Notes under the pieces: generated by a model
The model's input: only the letters and a program-made list of their open reading frames with translations
Told to the model about the DNA's origin: nothing
Database searches by the model: none
Translations under genes and position numbers: made by a program
Source: Eledone cirrhosa
Taxonomy: Eukaryota
Direction: 5' to 3'
Assembly: GCA_964016885.1 (NCBI GenBank)
Contig: OZ024756.1
Coordinates: forward strand, 16,492,001-16,556,000
Length of the DNA: 64,000 bases
In this document: piece after piece, positions 24,393-35,635 of the stretch
Layout of the letters: each line of letters begins with the position of its first letter
Numbering within the stretch: the first letter of the stretch is position 1

Positions 24393-25366
24393 TTACACTT
24401 ATAATATTTCTACTTATTTCCATAACAATCTTATCCACTCTGTTTTAATATATTGTTATCTCTAAATCATATCTATAATATTTGCTATAATTTCACTTCT
24501 TAAAATATATACATATATGATCCTAACTTTTTAATTTTAATTTTAATATTTTTTAAGTTTTTTTAATTCTTTATTTTTTATTTCTTAAACTTTTCATATA
24601 TTTCTAAAAATTAATTATTATTTTTTTTTTAATTTACTTAACTTTTATAAATTATTTTTTAAAAATTTTCCCTGAATTTTTAATATTTTTTAATAAAATT
24701 TTTTAATATCTTTTATTAGATTTATAACCACTAACTAATTCAGGCTAAATATATCTTTCAACATTTATATTTAACATTTATACTTATTTTGACAAAATAG
24801 TCTCATACTAACGAATAAATAAACAAAACTGGAGTTTTTTCCGTATCTTTCCAAATTTAAAATATATAAATATAAATATTCTTATTAACTCAGTTAACTT
24901 AATTACTTACATTAAATATAAACCAATATCCCTCATAACTCATTAAAACAATTATCTATAACACGATATACCCATCTATCCATTTATCTATTTATTTTTC
25001 TATCTACTTATAACAGTAAATATTATATTAGAAAATAATTTTAACAACTAAATAATCGTAAATATATGTACCATTAGTAGATATATACTTAAAATTTATT
25101 CCCCCATATTACCGTTACATTCATCCTCTTGTGAATTTCTTCTCTCTATCTCTCTCGTAATATTAATATTTTTTCTCTCTCTCTTTCTTCACTCTCTTTC
25201 TCCAGTGTCATTTAAATAAACGGTTGTTTTTCAATTATTTACATATTCATTTGCATATTCACACATAAGTTTGAATAATCCCTAATATATTTCCACTATC
25301 CAGTGAATTTCCAACCGATAAGGTATGATTTTCATGGGTACATCTCTATTTATAAAACAAACTTTG

Positions 25367-25431
25367 TATTTTATCTGATGAAAGCGCACCAATGTTGTCT
25401 TGGTTGCCCTTGAAATATATATAATAAAATA
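25367..25431 (+). ncRNA. Type I hammerhead ribozyme motif in the PLE pLTR
   Basis: TATTTTAT-CTGATGA-[AAGCGCACCAA tgttgtc TTGGTTGCCCTT]-GAAA-TATATA-TA-ATAAAATA: 8-bp stem I, intact core, palindromic minimal stem III. Confidence 0.78.
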
Positions 25432-25561
25432 AATATGGTTTATAAATATAGTTTCCATTTATCTAATATCATTGAATATTTACTCCAGTAACTGTTGAGT
25501 GCTCTAAATCAGTTATAAACATTTGTTTGTTGGACTTCCAACAAATTAAATACAACTTCTA

Positions 25562-25602
<41 letters not shown>

Positions 25603-25606
<4 letters not shown>

Positions 25607-25945
25607 TCATCATCAATGTTTAATGTCTACCTTACACTGTAGACTAGGTGCTTTGTGTCATGACACCCACATAACTACTTTACAGTGTGGGCTGGGCGCT
25701 TTTTGTTGTACTCCTACACGACCACTTTACAGAGTGGGCAGGGTGTTTTGTGTCATGACATGTACACGACCAGCTCATTGAGTGGACAGGGTGCTTTTTG
25801 TCACAACACCAAAAAGACCACCTTACAGTGTAGACTGGCTGCTTTTTGTCATGTGTCTTACAGACCCCCTTACAGTGTCGAGTAGGTGCTTTTGGTCATG
25901 ACTCCTACTTGATCACTTTACAGAGTGGACTGGGTGCTTTTTTGT
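25603..25945 (-). mobile_element. RTE-type 3' UTR with ~7 diverged ~47-bp subrepeats
   Basis: (CAT)n start, then repeated CCACTTTACAGTGT...GGGTGCTTT units. Confidence 0.7.
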
Positions 25946-26329
25946 TGTGTATATTGTCTGTCGGCTTCTTATTATATTCTTTGATAGACTAATTTCGCAT
26001 CTCTTTCAATATCGATACCTTGTTTTTGATATTGAGGTATCATGTTCTCATTTCATCTGTAGATGGAGGCTAGAGTTTTTTTAATGAATTGCTTCCCTTG
26101 ATACTGTGTTATGTATTAAGGGGAGGTTACTTTGTCAGCAACTAATGTCCTTCTCAATGAGGGAGCCTCAACTGGCTGGAAATAGCAGCCAAACCCCCCC
26201 TCATCCCATCCTGCCTACCACTTTAAAAAGAACAGGGTCACAGCTGGAGCTTTAGTTTCCTAAAAATAGCAGCCAAATCTCCCTCAAATCACAGGCTACT
26301 ATCTTAAAAACATAGGGTTCTGGAGACTG

Positions 26330-26660
26330 GTGAAGCCCCGGATTGAAGAGCTGCAGGGGAAAGGCCTTATGTGTTCCAACAAGATTCTGTACCAACACAC
26401 ACTGCCAGACAGATTCAAAAGTAGTTGTCAGCCCAGACATATGGCCTTCTAACTCTCCTGACTGCAATCCACTGGATTATTGTGTGTGGGTTGTAGTCAA
26501 GAGAATCACCAAGACTACCTGCAACACCAAGGATGAGCTGAAGAGGTGCATCTGCCAGAGATTCTTAAGATTTGTCTGCTGCAACTGTGAAACGTGCCTG
26601 TTACAAAGTCAGCCCAAGGAGGTTATTAAGCTGGCAGGAGTTATATATGAATAAATCTAG
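26330..26660 (+). pseudogene. Tc1/mariner-superfamily transposase C-terminal fragment
   Basis: WPSNSPDCNPLDYCVW matches the WPxxSPDLNPxD/E catalytic motif. Confidence 0.7.
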
Positions 26661-27130
26661 TATAGAGGTCCATAAATTTAAAAGATAAAGATTTTATACC
26701 TTTTCTCCTGAACTCTCAGCTGAGCCCATTCTATGTCTGCATTCTGTATTCGACAACTCAAACCCGGAATCTGCTGATAATGGTGCTACACAGCAGTCCC
26801 ACCCAGTAACATAGCTCCTGTTATGAGTAAGGCCTGGTGCAGCCAACTAACCCAACATCCCTCATAAACTATATTTCTGCTGTGAGCAACGTACAGCATG
26901 GTCGACTGGCCTGTCTCTACTCATAACGCTGCCATCCAGTTCCACACTGTAAATCTGGGTGTGATTTCCAAACTATGTCTCCACTGTGAGAAGAGTACGG
27001 CACAGCTAACTGGCTTGTCCCTTCTCGTAGTGGTGCCATCCAGTTCTACACAGTAAATGTGGTTGCGGTTCCCACAATAAGGCCCTGCTGTGAGCAGGGT
27101 ACAGCGCGCGCACACCACACATTTAAATGT

Positions 27131-27208
27131 AGGGTGTAAAAAAAAAATGTATACATGTATTTATTAGAATGCTGTTGAAGTGTGTATACATTTTTGGGGG
27201 ACACCCTG
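27131..27208. mobile_element. Miniature Tc1/mariner-like MITE (~80 bp)
   Basis: AGGGTGTAAAAAAAAAATGTATAC ... GTATACATTTTTTGGGGGACACCCTG|TA imperfect inverted termini. Confidence 0.55.
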
Positions 27209-27369
27209 TATATATATATGTACACACATATGATATGTGTGTACATATATATATTATACACCCGTTGTCTTCTCCATGTTTACGTGGGGGGGGGGGGTAT
27301 CAACCACAAACCATTCAACTATGGACAAATGAAGTGTTTCAGATTTCAGTTTAGGTCAGGTTCAGTTTG

Positions 27370-27625
27370 CCATATTTAATAGGAAAAAGAAAAGAAAAGA
27401 ATAGATTGAGAAGAAAGAATGGAATGTAGAATAGGAAAATATAAAAACGGAAAGGGAAAGGCAAGGGCTCTAGTGTCACATGAGGGAGGGAGGTTGGGGT
27501 CTGGGCACAGCGGTAATGGAGCTGCGCCCCACAGACAAGACCACAAAGCATTCCCATGGACAATGGCCAGTGACACCCGCTGCAACAGCCACCTCACCTT
27601 GCGGGGCTCAGACGTTCTGATGTTG
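27370..27625 (-). pseudogene. Possible 3' end of a CRE-like (restriction-like endonuclease) non-LTR element
   Basis: EPRKVRWLLQRVSLAIVHGNA resembles the QRxSxAxxRGNA C-terminal motif; followed by a pyrimidine-rich 3' UTR. Confidence 0.5.
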
Positions 27626-27783
27626 GCAGTACGGAGACCAAGGACAGCTGAGGTACTCAACGGTGACTGATGTGAAGAAGAAGCGGCCAGACAATCCACA
27701 GTATGTGTTTGCACTGAAAATCTTTCACTGTAGGTCTGTTCAGTCACGGTCAACTGGCTGCTAAACTGCAATCCTTTCATGTG

Positions 27784-28127
27784 ATCATCATCATCATCAT
27801 CATTTTACGTCCGCCTTTCCCTGCTTGCAAGGGTGGGACGGGAACTGATTCTGGCTTGATTTCTACAGCTGGATGCCCTTCCTAACACCAACCTCATTTA
27901 CATTGAGTGCTGGGTGCTTTTTTTCCGTGGCGCCTACATGTCCACTTTACAGTGGAATGATAGGGACCCCCAGTCCCTATCATCTTATTTCTACAGCTGA
28001 GTAAACTGGAGCAATGTGAAATAAAGTGTCTTGCTCAAGGAAACAACACATCACTCTGTCTGAGAATTGAACTCACAACCTTTCGATTGCAAGCCCAATG
28101 CTCTAACCACTAAGCTATGTGTCTCCA
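27784..28127 (-). mobile_element. SINE family A copy
   Basis: Matches 2185-2537. Confidence 0.85.
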
Positions 28128-28357
28128 TAAGAAATATTTCTAGGTGACACCGGTCCTAGATACACAGCAAAGCTGTGTCATGGTTGGAATGTCTTTCATT
28201 ATAGGGTTGATCTGGTGCAAACAACAGGAAACATTCTTGTGTCAGTGGGCAGCTCTATATCTCTACCAAGCCCCTCCCTCTATGGTTCCTCTCATAGTTT
28301 GTGTGTGTTTATATGCACACAAACTATCAGAAGAAATAAATATATATATTCTATTCT

Positions 28358-28811
28358 AGGGTGGGTAAAATTCCCGAGATCCATGGACGAGTTCTCTCCA
28401 GCGGTCTCTTCCCTCATTATCGTTGCCATGTCCTGCGTCTCCAACAGGGCATCAACATACGTTAACCTTGGTCTTCCTATTCCAGTGTGTCCATGTAGGG
28501 GCTCCCACAGGAGCACTGAGTGTAACGTCAACTCTGGATGTTGGTGAGCATGTCCAGCTAACCTCAGTCTCCTCTGTGTCACTTTTGAGCTGACTTTTGA
28601 GAGGCTCCCGTACAACTCTGAGTTTTTTATCCTCAGTGTATACTGATTAATGTTCAGAGCCATCCTCAGCATTCTTGTATAGCACCCATCCACCATCTGA
28701 GTGAGTTTCTTGCTCAGTGTCCAAGTCTCAGACCCGTACAGCAGCACAGACTCCACTACAGCAATGAAGAGGCGGATTTTCAGGTCTTTACGAAGGTCCG
28801 ACTTCCACACT
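28358..28811 (-). mobile_element. RTE-group LINE 3' fragment between TA tracts
   Basis: VESVLLYGSETWTL..DGCYTRMLR..RRLRLAGH..GRP; same family as 56548-56751. Confidence 0.85.
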
Positions 28812-28822
28812 TATATATATAT

Positions 28823-29098
28823 ATCATCATTTCATTTTACGTCCACTTTTCCCTGCTTGCAAGGGTGGGACGGGAACTGATTCTGGCTTGATTTCTACAG
28901 CTGGATGCCCTTCCTAACACCAACCTCATTTACAGTGAGTGCTGGGTGCTTTTTTGCAGTGGAATCATATGAACCCCAGTCCCTATCATCTCATTTCTAC
29001 AGCTGAGTAAACTGGAGCAATGTGAAATAAAGTGTCTTGCTCAAGGAAACAACGCATCACCCGGTCTGAGAATTGAACCACTAAGCCATGTGCCTCCA
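28823..29098 (-). mobile_element. SINE family A copy with internal deletions
   Basis: Matches family A; lacks part of the tRNA head and one subrepeat. Confidence 0.85.
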
Positions 29099-29139
<41 letters not shown>

Positions 29140-29589
29140 CAAAATATTAATAAATGAAAAATATTCTCATAATCAAAATATATATTTCAAAGGTACAATG
29201 GTGTTTAAGTACGTTTTCATCAGACAAAATATAAGATTTGATATGTGACATACCGCTACGGTTTTGATTATTCAATTCCAGTAGTGGCAGTGATTTATTT
29301 TACCAACTCAGCGTTTTTATACCACAAATAATATGATAAACTTAGAGAGTGCATATACACACTTTCATGAATATAAAAAACTTTTGATATGCGTGTGTGT
29401 GTATATATGAAGGTCATACATACACCCACACAACTTTCGGTGTGTGTGTGTGTGGAAGAGCAGGTGTGAAATAGTGAGGGTGACGATGTTGCAAAATTGG
29501 CAACAGATATAATTAAAACGAAAGACAAATGCAGGAATAGGGAGAGATAAATCAGGAACAAGATAGTATAAAAGTGATACAAAATGGCA

Positions 29590-32099
29590 GCTTGAACAAA
29601 ACAGACCCCATTGGTATCGGCTGTTATAATGGACTTAGTTTCAACATCAACCAACAGTACTGTTAGTCCTTTCAGGGATCACAGTGCCTTTTGCAGAAGC
29701 TCGGGGATTTCATTCAGAAAGTTTACAAGATGCTTTACAGCATCTGCTCCTGCGCTCCACCTGGTATCCGATGGAGATTTCAGAATGAAAGGGATTGCTT
29801 GCTTTAACTTTTCCCAACGCTGTTGATCGCGAAAAGAACACAAACAATGACTCGATGACATTGAAAAATGACATAACTTTGAAGCTACTCTTCGCTGTGG
29901 TCAAACCAACGAGGTTAAGTGAATGGTTGTCACAGTTAACAAATATCACCTTTTCATTCACATTTGTTATGCGTTGTTGAACCCCACTGGTGTGTCTGAC
30001 CATAACCGCAGCGTTGTCGTAACATTGTGCCTTGCAATCACTCAGCGCAAGGCCATCATCTTTAAATTCTTTCAAAATAAGTTCTACAATACTGGCTGCA
30101 CCTTTCTCTTCCAGTAGTGTGAACCCCAGAAAGGACTCTCGGATGTGAACGGTCCTTTTGTCGAAATCAACATCGACATACCTCACCACTCGTGACAACT
30201 GGTCTCGATGAGCTTGATCAGGAGATGAGTCCACCATCAATGCATAATGACGAGCATTTTTTACGCATCGTTGAGAGCAAGTAGATGAATGAATTCATTT
30301 TGGATTGTGGGGGAGAGGTTTGACGTAGAACCTGGATGAGTTTCCGCATTACTTAGAAACTCCTTTGTCACAGGATCAAAACATGACAGCAACTTCAATA
30401 AACCGATGAAGTTTCCAGCGTTGGTCATTTCGTTTTGCTGGAGCGATTCGCGATGTCCCCTTAATGCAAGATTATGGGTCGCAAGAAACTTGATGCATTG
30501 TATAAGTCAAGAGAGGATATCGCGCCAACGTTACTTCTCGGTTGTTATTAGTGATTGAAGCTGTGCATCGATAATTCCTTGCTCTTCTGTCAAACTGCGT
30601 TCCATCTCTTTCCACTGAGTGAAACAGCGCTAATGATGAAGACTGTTCTCGGGCAACTCCATTTTCTCTGGCTTCTTCCAGTTGCTGAAGCCATTTTCTT
30701 GTTCAAGTGCGGATTTGAAACTCAAACCGGAGAAAAGGCAGCAAAATGCCGACTTTTTGTATGGGGAGTACAGAAGCCACAATCGCGTGATTTCTTCGCC
30801 CTGGCCGCTGCACAACTTGCGACCAAACCAACTTCTCGTCATCGAGCGATTGCTACTTGGTGCAAATGGACCATCGGAATTCTGGAAGTACTTCCAACCA
30901 AGTTACACTAACTGCACTCTTAATGAATCAGGTACAAGTGGTCGTCCGGTTACTTTGTCAAACTGAAGAAGTCCAATGTCGTGCTGTTGAATGACGTCAT
31001 GAATTGCGGTGTCAGTTTCATCTGATTTACAGGGCTCGGGTTTTAAGGCACAATGCTGCGACTCATCGATGCCTTCTGATGAAGATGAACTTGATGAAGC
31101 CTCGCAGCTTGGACGCTCATCAGCAGTTGGATGAGTAGGAAGAGGGGAACAGGACGTGTTAGGTTGAGTGAAAAAAGACAGGATAACTTGGCTAGATTTC
31201 ACGGCTTTTTCTTTCTGCAACTTCTGCCTTTTCCGTCCTTCGGCTCCACTTTCTTTATTGATGACAGTCCGCTTCATGATTATACAAAACGTCTACAAAA
31301 CACCAAAAGAATGACAGTTTTAACTACAAAAGAACTATGCTAGTATCTTAATGAAGAGATTGGCTATAGTGATCACAAGACACTGTTGTTGCAGTAAGAC
31401 AAACAAACTGTTATATTCTGGTAGGAAGATTGTTTAAGACTTTGGTATTTACTTATTGCATAAGTAAATACCAAAATCTGCATGATTTATGTAATGCATT
31501 CATAAGTTGTTCACTTAAATCAAGACCGTTAATTCAAGGAACAAAGCGATTTCATATTTTTTCTTGGTTTCCGAAAAAAGAGTTTATTTTGAGAATAAAT
31601 CAGCAGTTAGTCATATTTTGTGGGTTTGGACTTCACGTATGAAGAAATTCTTTAGAAAAGTTAACAAACAATTGATGGGCTAATGTATTGAGCAACGGAA
31701 AACATAAGTTTTTGTTCATGCACAGTAAAAAAGAAAATAATTTACTTATTTCAAAAGGAACTTACGGAGTAAGAGCACACAGCCGTACAGTGAAAAACTG
31801 TTCTTGCAAGTGACTTGCAACCACATTTGATAGGAGGTTCATTGAGCTGATTTATTCCTGTTCATGCTGTACGTACAATGTACAGCCAAGACTGTACACC
31901 TGACTTCAAAGCGCCCCCTGCGCTGTCAAAAAAACGTCTGCACACACGTGCATGTGTCTACAGTGTACTGTACACACACGTCACGCGCGAAAATGCGGGT
32001 ATACTGTTTTCAAAATTTGCAGCAAGCAATGTTGCTTCAATTTTTAAGTCAACAATCTTGGTCAATTTTGCACTGCCCCTCTCCCTAGTTACGCCACTG
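29590..32099 (-). mobile_element. Decayed hAT transposon (ZMYM1-like/DUF4371-type transposase), 3'-truncated
   Basis: Minus strand begins CAGTGGCGTAACTAGGG (TIR). Fragments: ESGAEGRKRQK; RLWLLYS..KSAFC..GFSNWK; GNFIGLLKLLSCFDP; SPTIQNEFI; VDSSPD..RDQLS; CYDNAAVM; CDNHSLNL; DTRWS. Frameshifted; second TIR not found. Confidence 0.88.
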
Positions 32100-32106
32100 T
32101 ATATAT

Positions 32107-32139
<33 letters not shown>

Positions 32140-32274
32140 ATGTGTGTATGTATTTTGTCCATGTATGTAGATACATATACGCTTATGTGATAATGTATAC
32201 GTCTACATACTTTTTAAGTATATGCGTGTGGTTGAGTGTGTGTATGTTTTTATATATATATATATATATATATG

Positions 32275-32536
32275 TATTCTTTTTCTTCTTCTTCGCCTGT
32301 TGTTTCCTCAGCCTCACTTTCATATTTCTTATATTTTGTTTTCAAATCTATATTTTAAAAAAACACCAGGTTTTATTATTCATTCTGACGACTGAAAACA
32401 GATATATCTGCTTTCAAGAAACCACTGGTAAATGAAATAATTATCTTATGTTGTTTATTACATAACTAATAAGCTCTGTAGCCTACATAGAGCACTCCAT
32501 TTTCCTGTACCTTTCCGACGTAATTACTTCATCACC

Positions 32537-32538
<2 letters not shown>
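32275..32538 (+). mobile_element. Short ORF-less hammerhead-containing element (PLE pLTR or retrozyme-like) in (TA)n
   Basis: Bounded by TA tracts; homologous to both arms of 44408-44742. Confidence 0.7.
32379..32436 (+). ncRNA. Type I hammerhead ribozyme motif
   Basis: TTCATT-CTGACGA-[CTGAAAACAG atatat CTGCTTTCAA]-GAAA-CCACTGG-TA-AATGAA. Confidence 0.72.
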
Positions 32539-32569
<31 letters not shown>

Positions 32570-32886
32570 ATATGTATGTAATATATATATATATACACAC
32601 AAATATATATACATATATATCATCATCTTCATTTAATGTCTATCTTCCACGCTAGCATATACATATATATATACATATATATAGATATATAATATATGTA
32701 TATAAATTTGATATCTTCTACTTTTATTAATGCATTATTCAGTGTCACAGTTGACTGATTTCTTTGTCAGCTATTGATGTAGCACCCAGTCACCACCCTA
32801 ACTACTTAGCTTCTATTTGTTGTTCAACCTCCTACAGCTGCTAAATAATAGTTCTTCCTCAAATCATAGCTTTCTATTCTTCTTAA

Positions 32887-33110
32887 CCCTTCAGCATTTA
32901 CATTACTCTATATCTAATCTACTATTGTATTTTTATGGTAAATCCTTTACTTTGCATAATTATCTGACATAATATCGAATCTGAGATTTTGATATTATTT
33001 ATTTTGAGAACAATACCTTAACATCAGTATGAGTGGCTAGTTACGACCAGTTGGAACAGAAAGAGGTGAAAAAATTCTGGCCAGATATGGCCGGTTTAAA
33101 TGCTAAAGGG
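32887..33110. mobile_element. piggyBac-like MITE
   Basis: TTAA|CCCTTCAGCATTTA ... TAAATGCTAAAGGG. Confidence 0.85.
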
Positions 33111-33172
33111 TTTCGATAGCAACCCACCTGATAATCCCCCTAATTCTATGATCCAAAAATCATTTATTTTAA

Positions 33173-34028
33173 CCCTTTACCATTTACATTACTCCATATA
33201 TACTATAGCATTACTCCATATATACTATAGCATTACTCCATATATGCTATAGTATTACTCTATATATACTAGAGTATTACTCCATATATACTATAGCATT
33301 ACTCCATATATACTATAGTATTACTCCATATATACTATAGTATTACTCTATATATACTAGAGTATTACTCCATATATACTATAGCATTACTCCATATATA
33401 CTATAGCATTACTCCATATATACTATAGCATTACTCCATATATACTATAGCATTACTCCATATATACTATAGCATTACTCTATATATACTATAGTATTAC
33501 TCCATATATACTATAGTATTACTCCATATATACTATAGCATTACTCCATATATACTATAGCATTACTCCATATATACTATAGCATTACTCCATATATACT
33601 ATAGCATTACTCTATATATACTATAGTATTACTCCATATATACTATAGTATTACTCCATATATACTATAGTATTACTCCATATATACTATAGTATTACTC
33701 CATATATACTATAGCATTACTCCATATATACTATAGTATTACTCCATATATACTATAGTATTACTCTATATATACTATAGCATTACTCCATATATACTAT
33801 AGCATTACTCCATATATACTATAGCATTACTCCATATATACTATAGTATTTTCACAGTAAACACTTTACATAATTATTTCACATAATACGGAATCTATGA
33901 GACTTTGATATTATTTATTTTGAGAACAATACCTTAACATATGTATGAGCGGCTGGTTTCAGCCAGTTTGGACAGAAAGCTGAGAGAATTTTGGCCAGAG
34001 ATGCCTGGTTTAAATGCTAATGATTTAA
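33173..34028. mobile_element. piggyBac-like MITE containing an expanded 22-bp satellite
   Basis: TTAA|CCCTTTACCATTTA start; MITE body resumes at ~33848 and ends TAAATGCTAA. Confidence 0.85.
33187..33850. repeat. 22-bp minisatellite, ~30 copies
   Basis: CATTACTCCATATATACTATAG unit. Confidence 0.95.
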
Positions 34029-34122
34029 GTTATGTTCCAAATACCAGCTGTTGAAATGCATCACCCTTGCCGTCCTAAGCCATGACCTTGACGTGGAGGG
34101 TAAGATAGTTGGAACTGGGGGG

Positions 34123-34478
34123 TACTTGTTCGGACATCATACACACCAGAGTTTACTTGTTCGGACATCATACACACCAGAGTGTACATGTTTGGACATC
34201 ATACACACCAGAGTGTACATGTTTGGACATCATACACACCAGAGTTTACATGTTTGGACATCATACACACCAGAGTTTACATGTTTGGACAGCATACACA
34301 CCAGAGTTTACATGTTTGGACATCATACACACCAGAGTTTACTTGTTTGGACATCATACACACCAGAGTTTACATGTTTGGACATCGCATACACACACAC
34401 ACTGGTGTTTACACGTTCGGACATCATACACACACACTGGTGTTTACACGTTCAGACACCACATACACACACTGGTGT
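34123..34478. repeat. 31-bp minisatellite, ~11 copies
   Basis: GGACATCATACACACCAGAGTTTACATGTTT unit; the last copies are a variant. Confidence 0.93.
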
Positions 34479-34549
34479 AAAGCTAATCAATGATTAAAAA
34501 CATCCAGTCTTTAAAGATATATTAGAAAAGATTGGATGGTTTTAATCCT

Positions 34550-34915
34550 TGATTAGCTTTACCTTTCGTTACGGGCTCCATAAAATAAAGTACCAGTAAT
34601 GCCCTGGGGTTGATTTAATGGACTTTCTCCCTTCCCTTCAAATTGTTAGCCTTGTGTCTAATTCAGAAACCATTATTAACAAGTATGAGGGTGGTGGATT
34701 GCCAGAGTCAGTAGAACGTTTAACAATATACTTTCTGGCATGAGTTACAGCCCTTTATCTTCTGAATCTAAATCACACTAAGGTTGGCTTTCCCTTTCTT
34801 CCTTACAGTGTTGATAAAAAATAAAGTACCAGTAATGTACTACTGGGATAGATTTAATTGACTTTTCCCTTCTCCAAAATTGTTGGCCTTGTGCAGAGAC
34901 TATTATTAACAAGTA
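34550..34915 (+). mobile_element. Tandem SINE family B copies
   Basis: Two ATAAA-TAAAGTACCAGTAATG...GATTTAAT-GACTTT...GCCTTGTG blocks. Confidence 0.65.
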
Positions 34916-35244
34916 TGGTTAGCAGTCTTTCATGTGATAAATAAAAACAAATAGGTACGGCCATCTTTGATACCAAATTGCCCGATCACCTCCGATTCTA
35001 TTAGACAAAACTCTTTATTCTAAAGTGTTTATATTTATCTAAAAACCTTTCATCATAATTTTATGTAAGAACCTTTAAGTTATATTCCAAACACCAACAT
35101 AATAATGAAGTTAGTTATACTACTAAATCCTTACTAATTCTTAATTATTTTCAAAATAATTTTAAAATCATAAACAGTGGCATTAGAAGTATGGTATGAT
35201 AACAAAAGGTTTAAAGAAATTTAGAATTGTTTTATTTCTGATTT

Positions 35245-35279
35245 ATCTCTAATGCTTCTCTTTTTCTTCTCTTTTACAG
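35245..35279 (+). promoter_or_regulatory. 3' splice acceptor upstream of the zinc-finger exon
   Basis: Branch-point-like CTCTAAT, polypyrimidine tract GCTTCTCTTTTTCTTCTCTTTT, then ACAG|. Confidence 0.65.
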
Positions 35280-35635
35280 ATGCTGTTGCCAAACTTTTTT
35301 GAAACCTTGTGGAATATCCAAACTTTAAATGTTTAAATTCTTAAAGCTACCATAAATTTCTAACATTCCTCCTCCCCCAGTTTTTTTTCTTTGGATTTTG
35401 GGGGGACTAATATATTAATCTTTTGATTTTTGAGTCTACTGTCAGAAGAGACAACGAAGACATCAATAGAGAACGTGTGTCTCTTAAATCTTGTGTCTAA
35501 GACTCTTGTATCTAGTTAAGACTTTGAGTAAGTCTTTGTGTCTGGTTAAGACTTGTGTCTAACTAAAGACTCTGGTGTGTCTATCTTAAGCTTGATTGTC
35601 TGTTTTAAAACTGTTGTGTCGAAGACTTTTGAAGG

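Larger units (their letters stand above)
22310..25563 (+). mobile_element. Penelope-like retroelement (C-terminal GIY-YIG, possibly Hydra clade), 5'-truncated with an inverted pseudo-LTR, flanked by (TA)n
   Basis: Arm 22310-23215 is the reverse complement of 24631-25473. The core encodes YRDD, the RT thumb, CNCRIKSNCRLKNKC, and VVYKC..YVGST..F..RWNNH. Confidence 0.9.

Noticed and set aside
26870-27110. Two to three diverged ~105-bp direct repeats (TGTGAG..GTACAGC..GCCATCCAGTTC)
   Set aside because: Real but too short and degenerate to assign any function.
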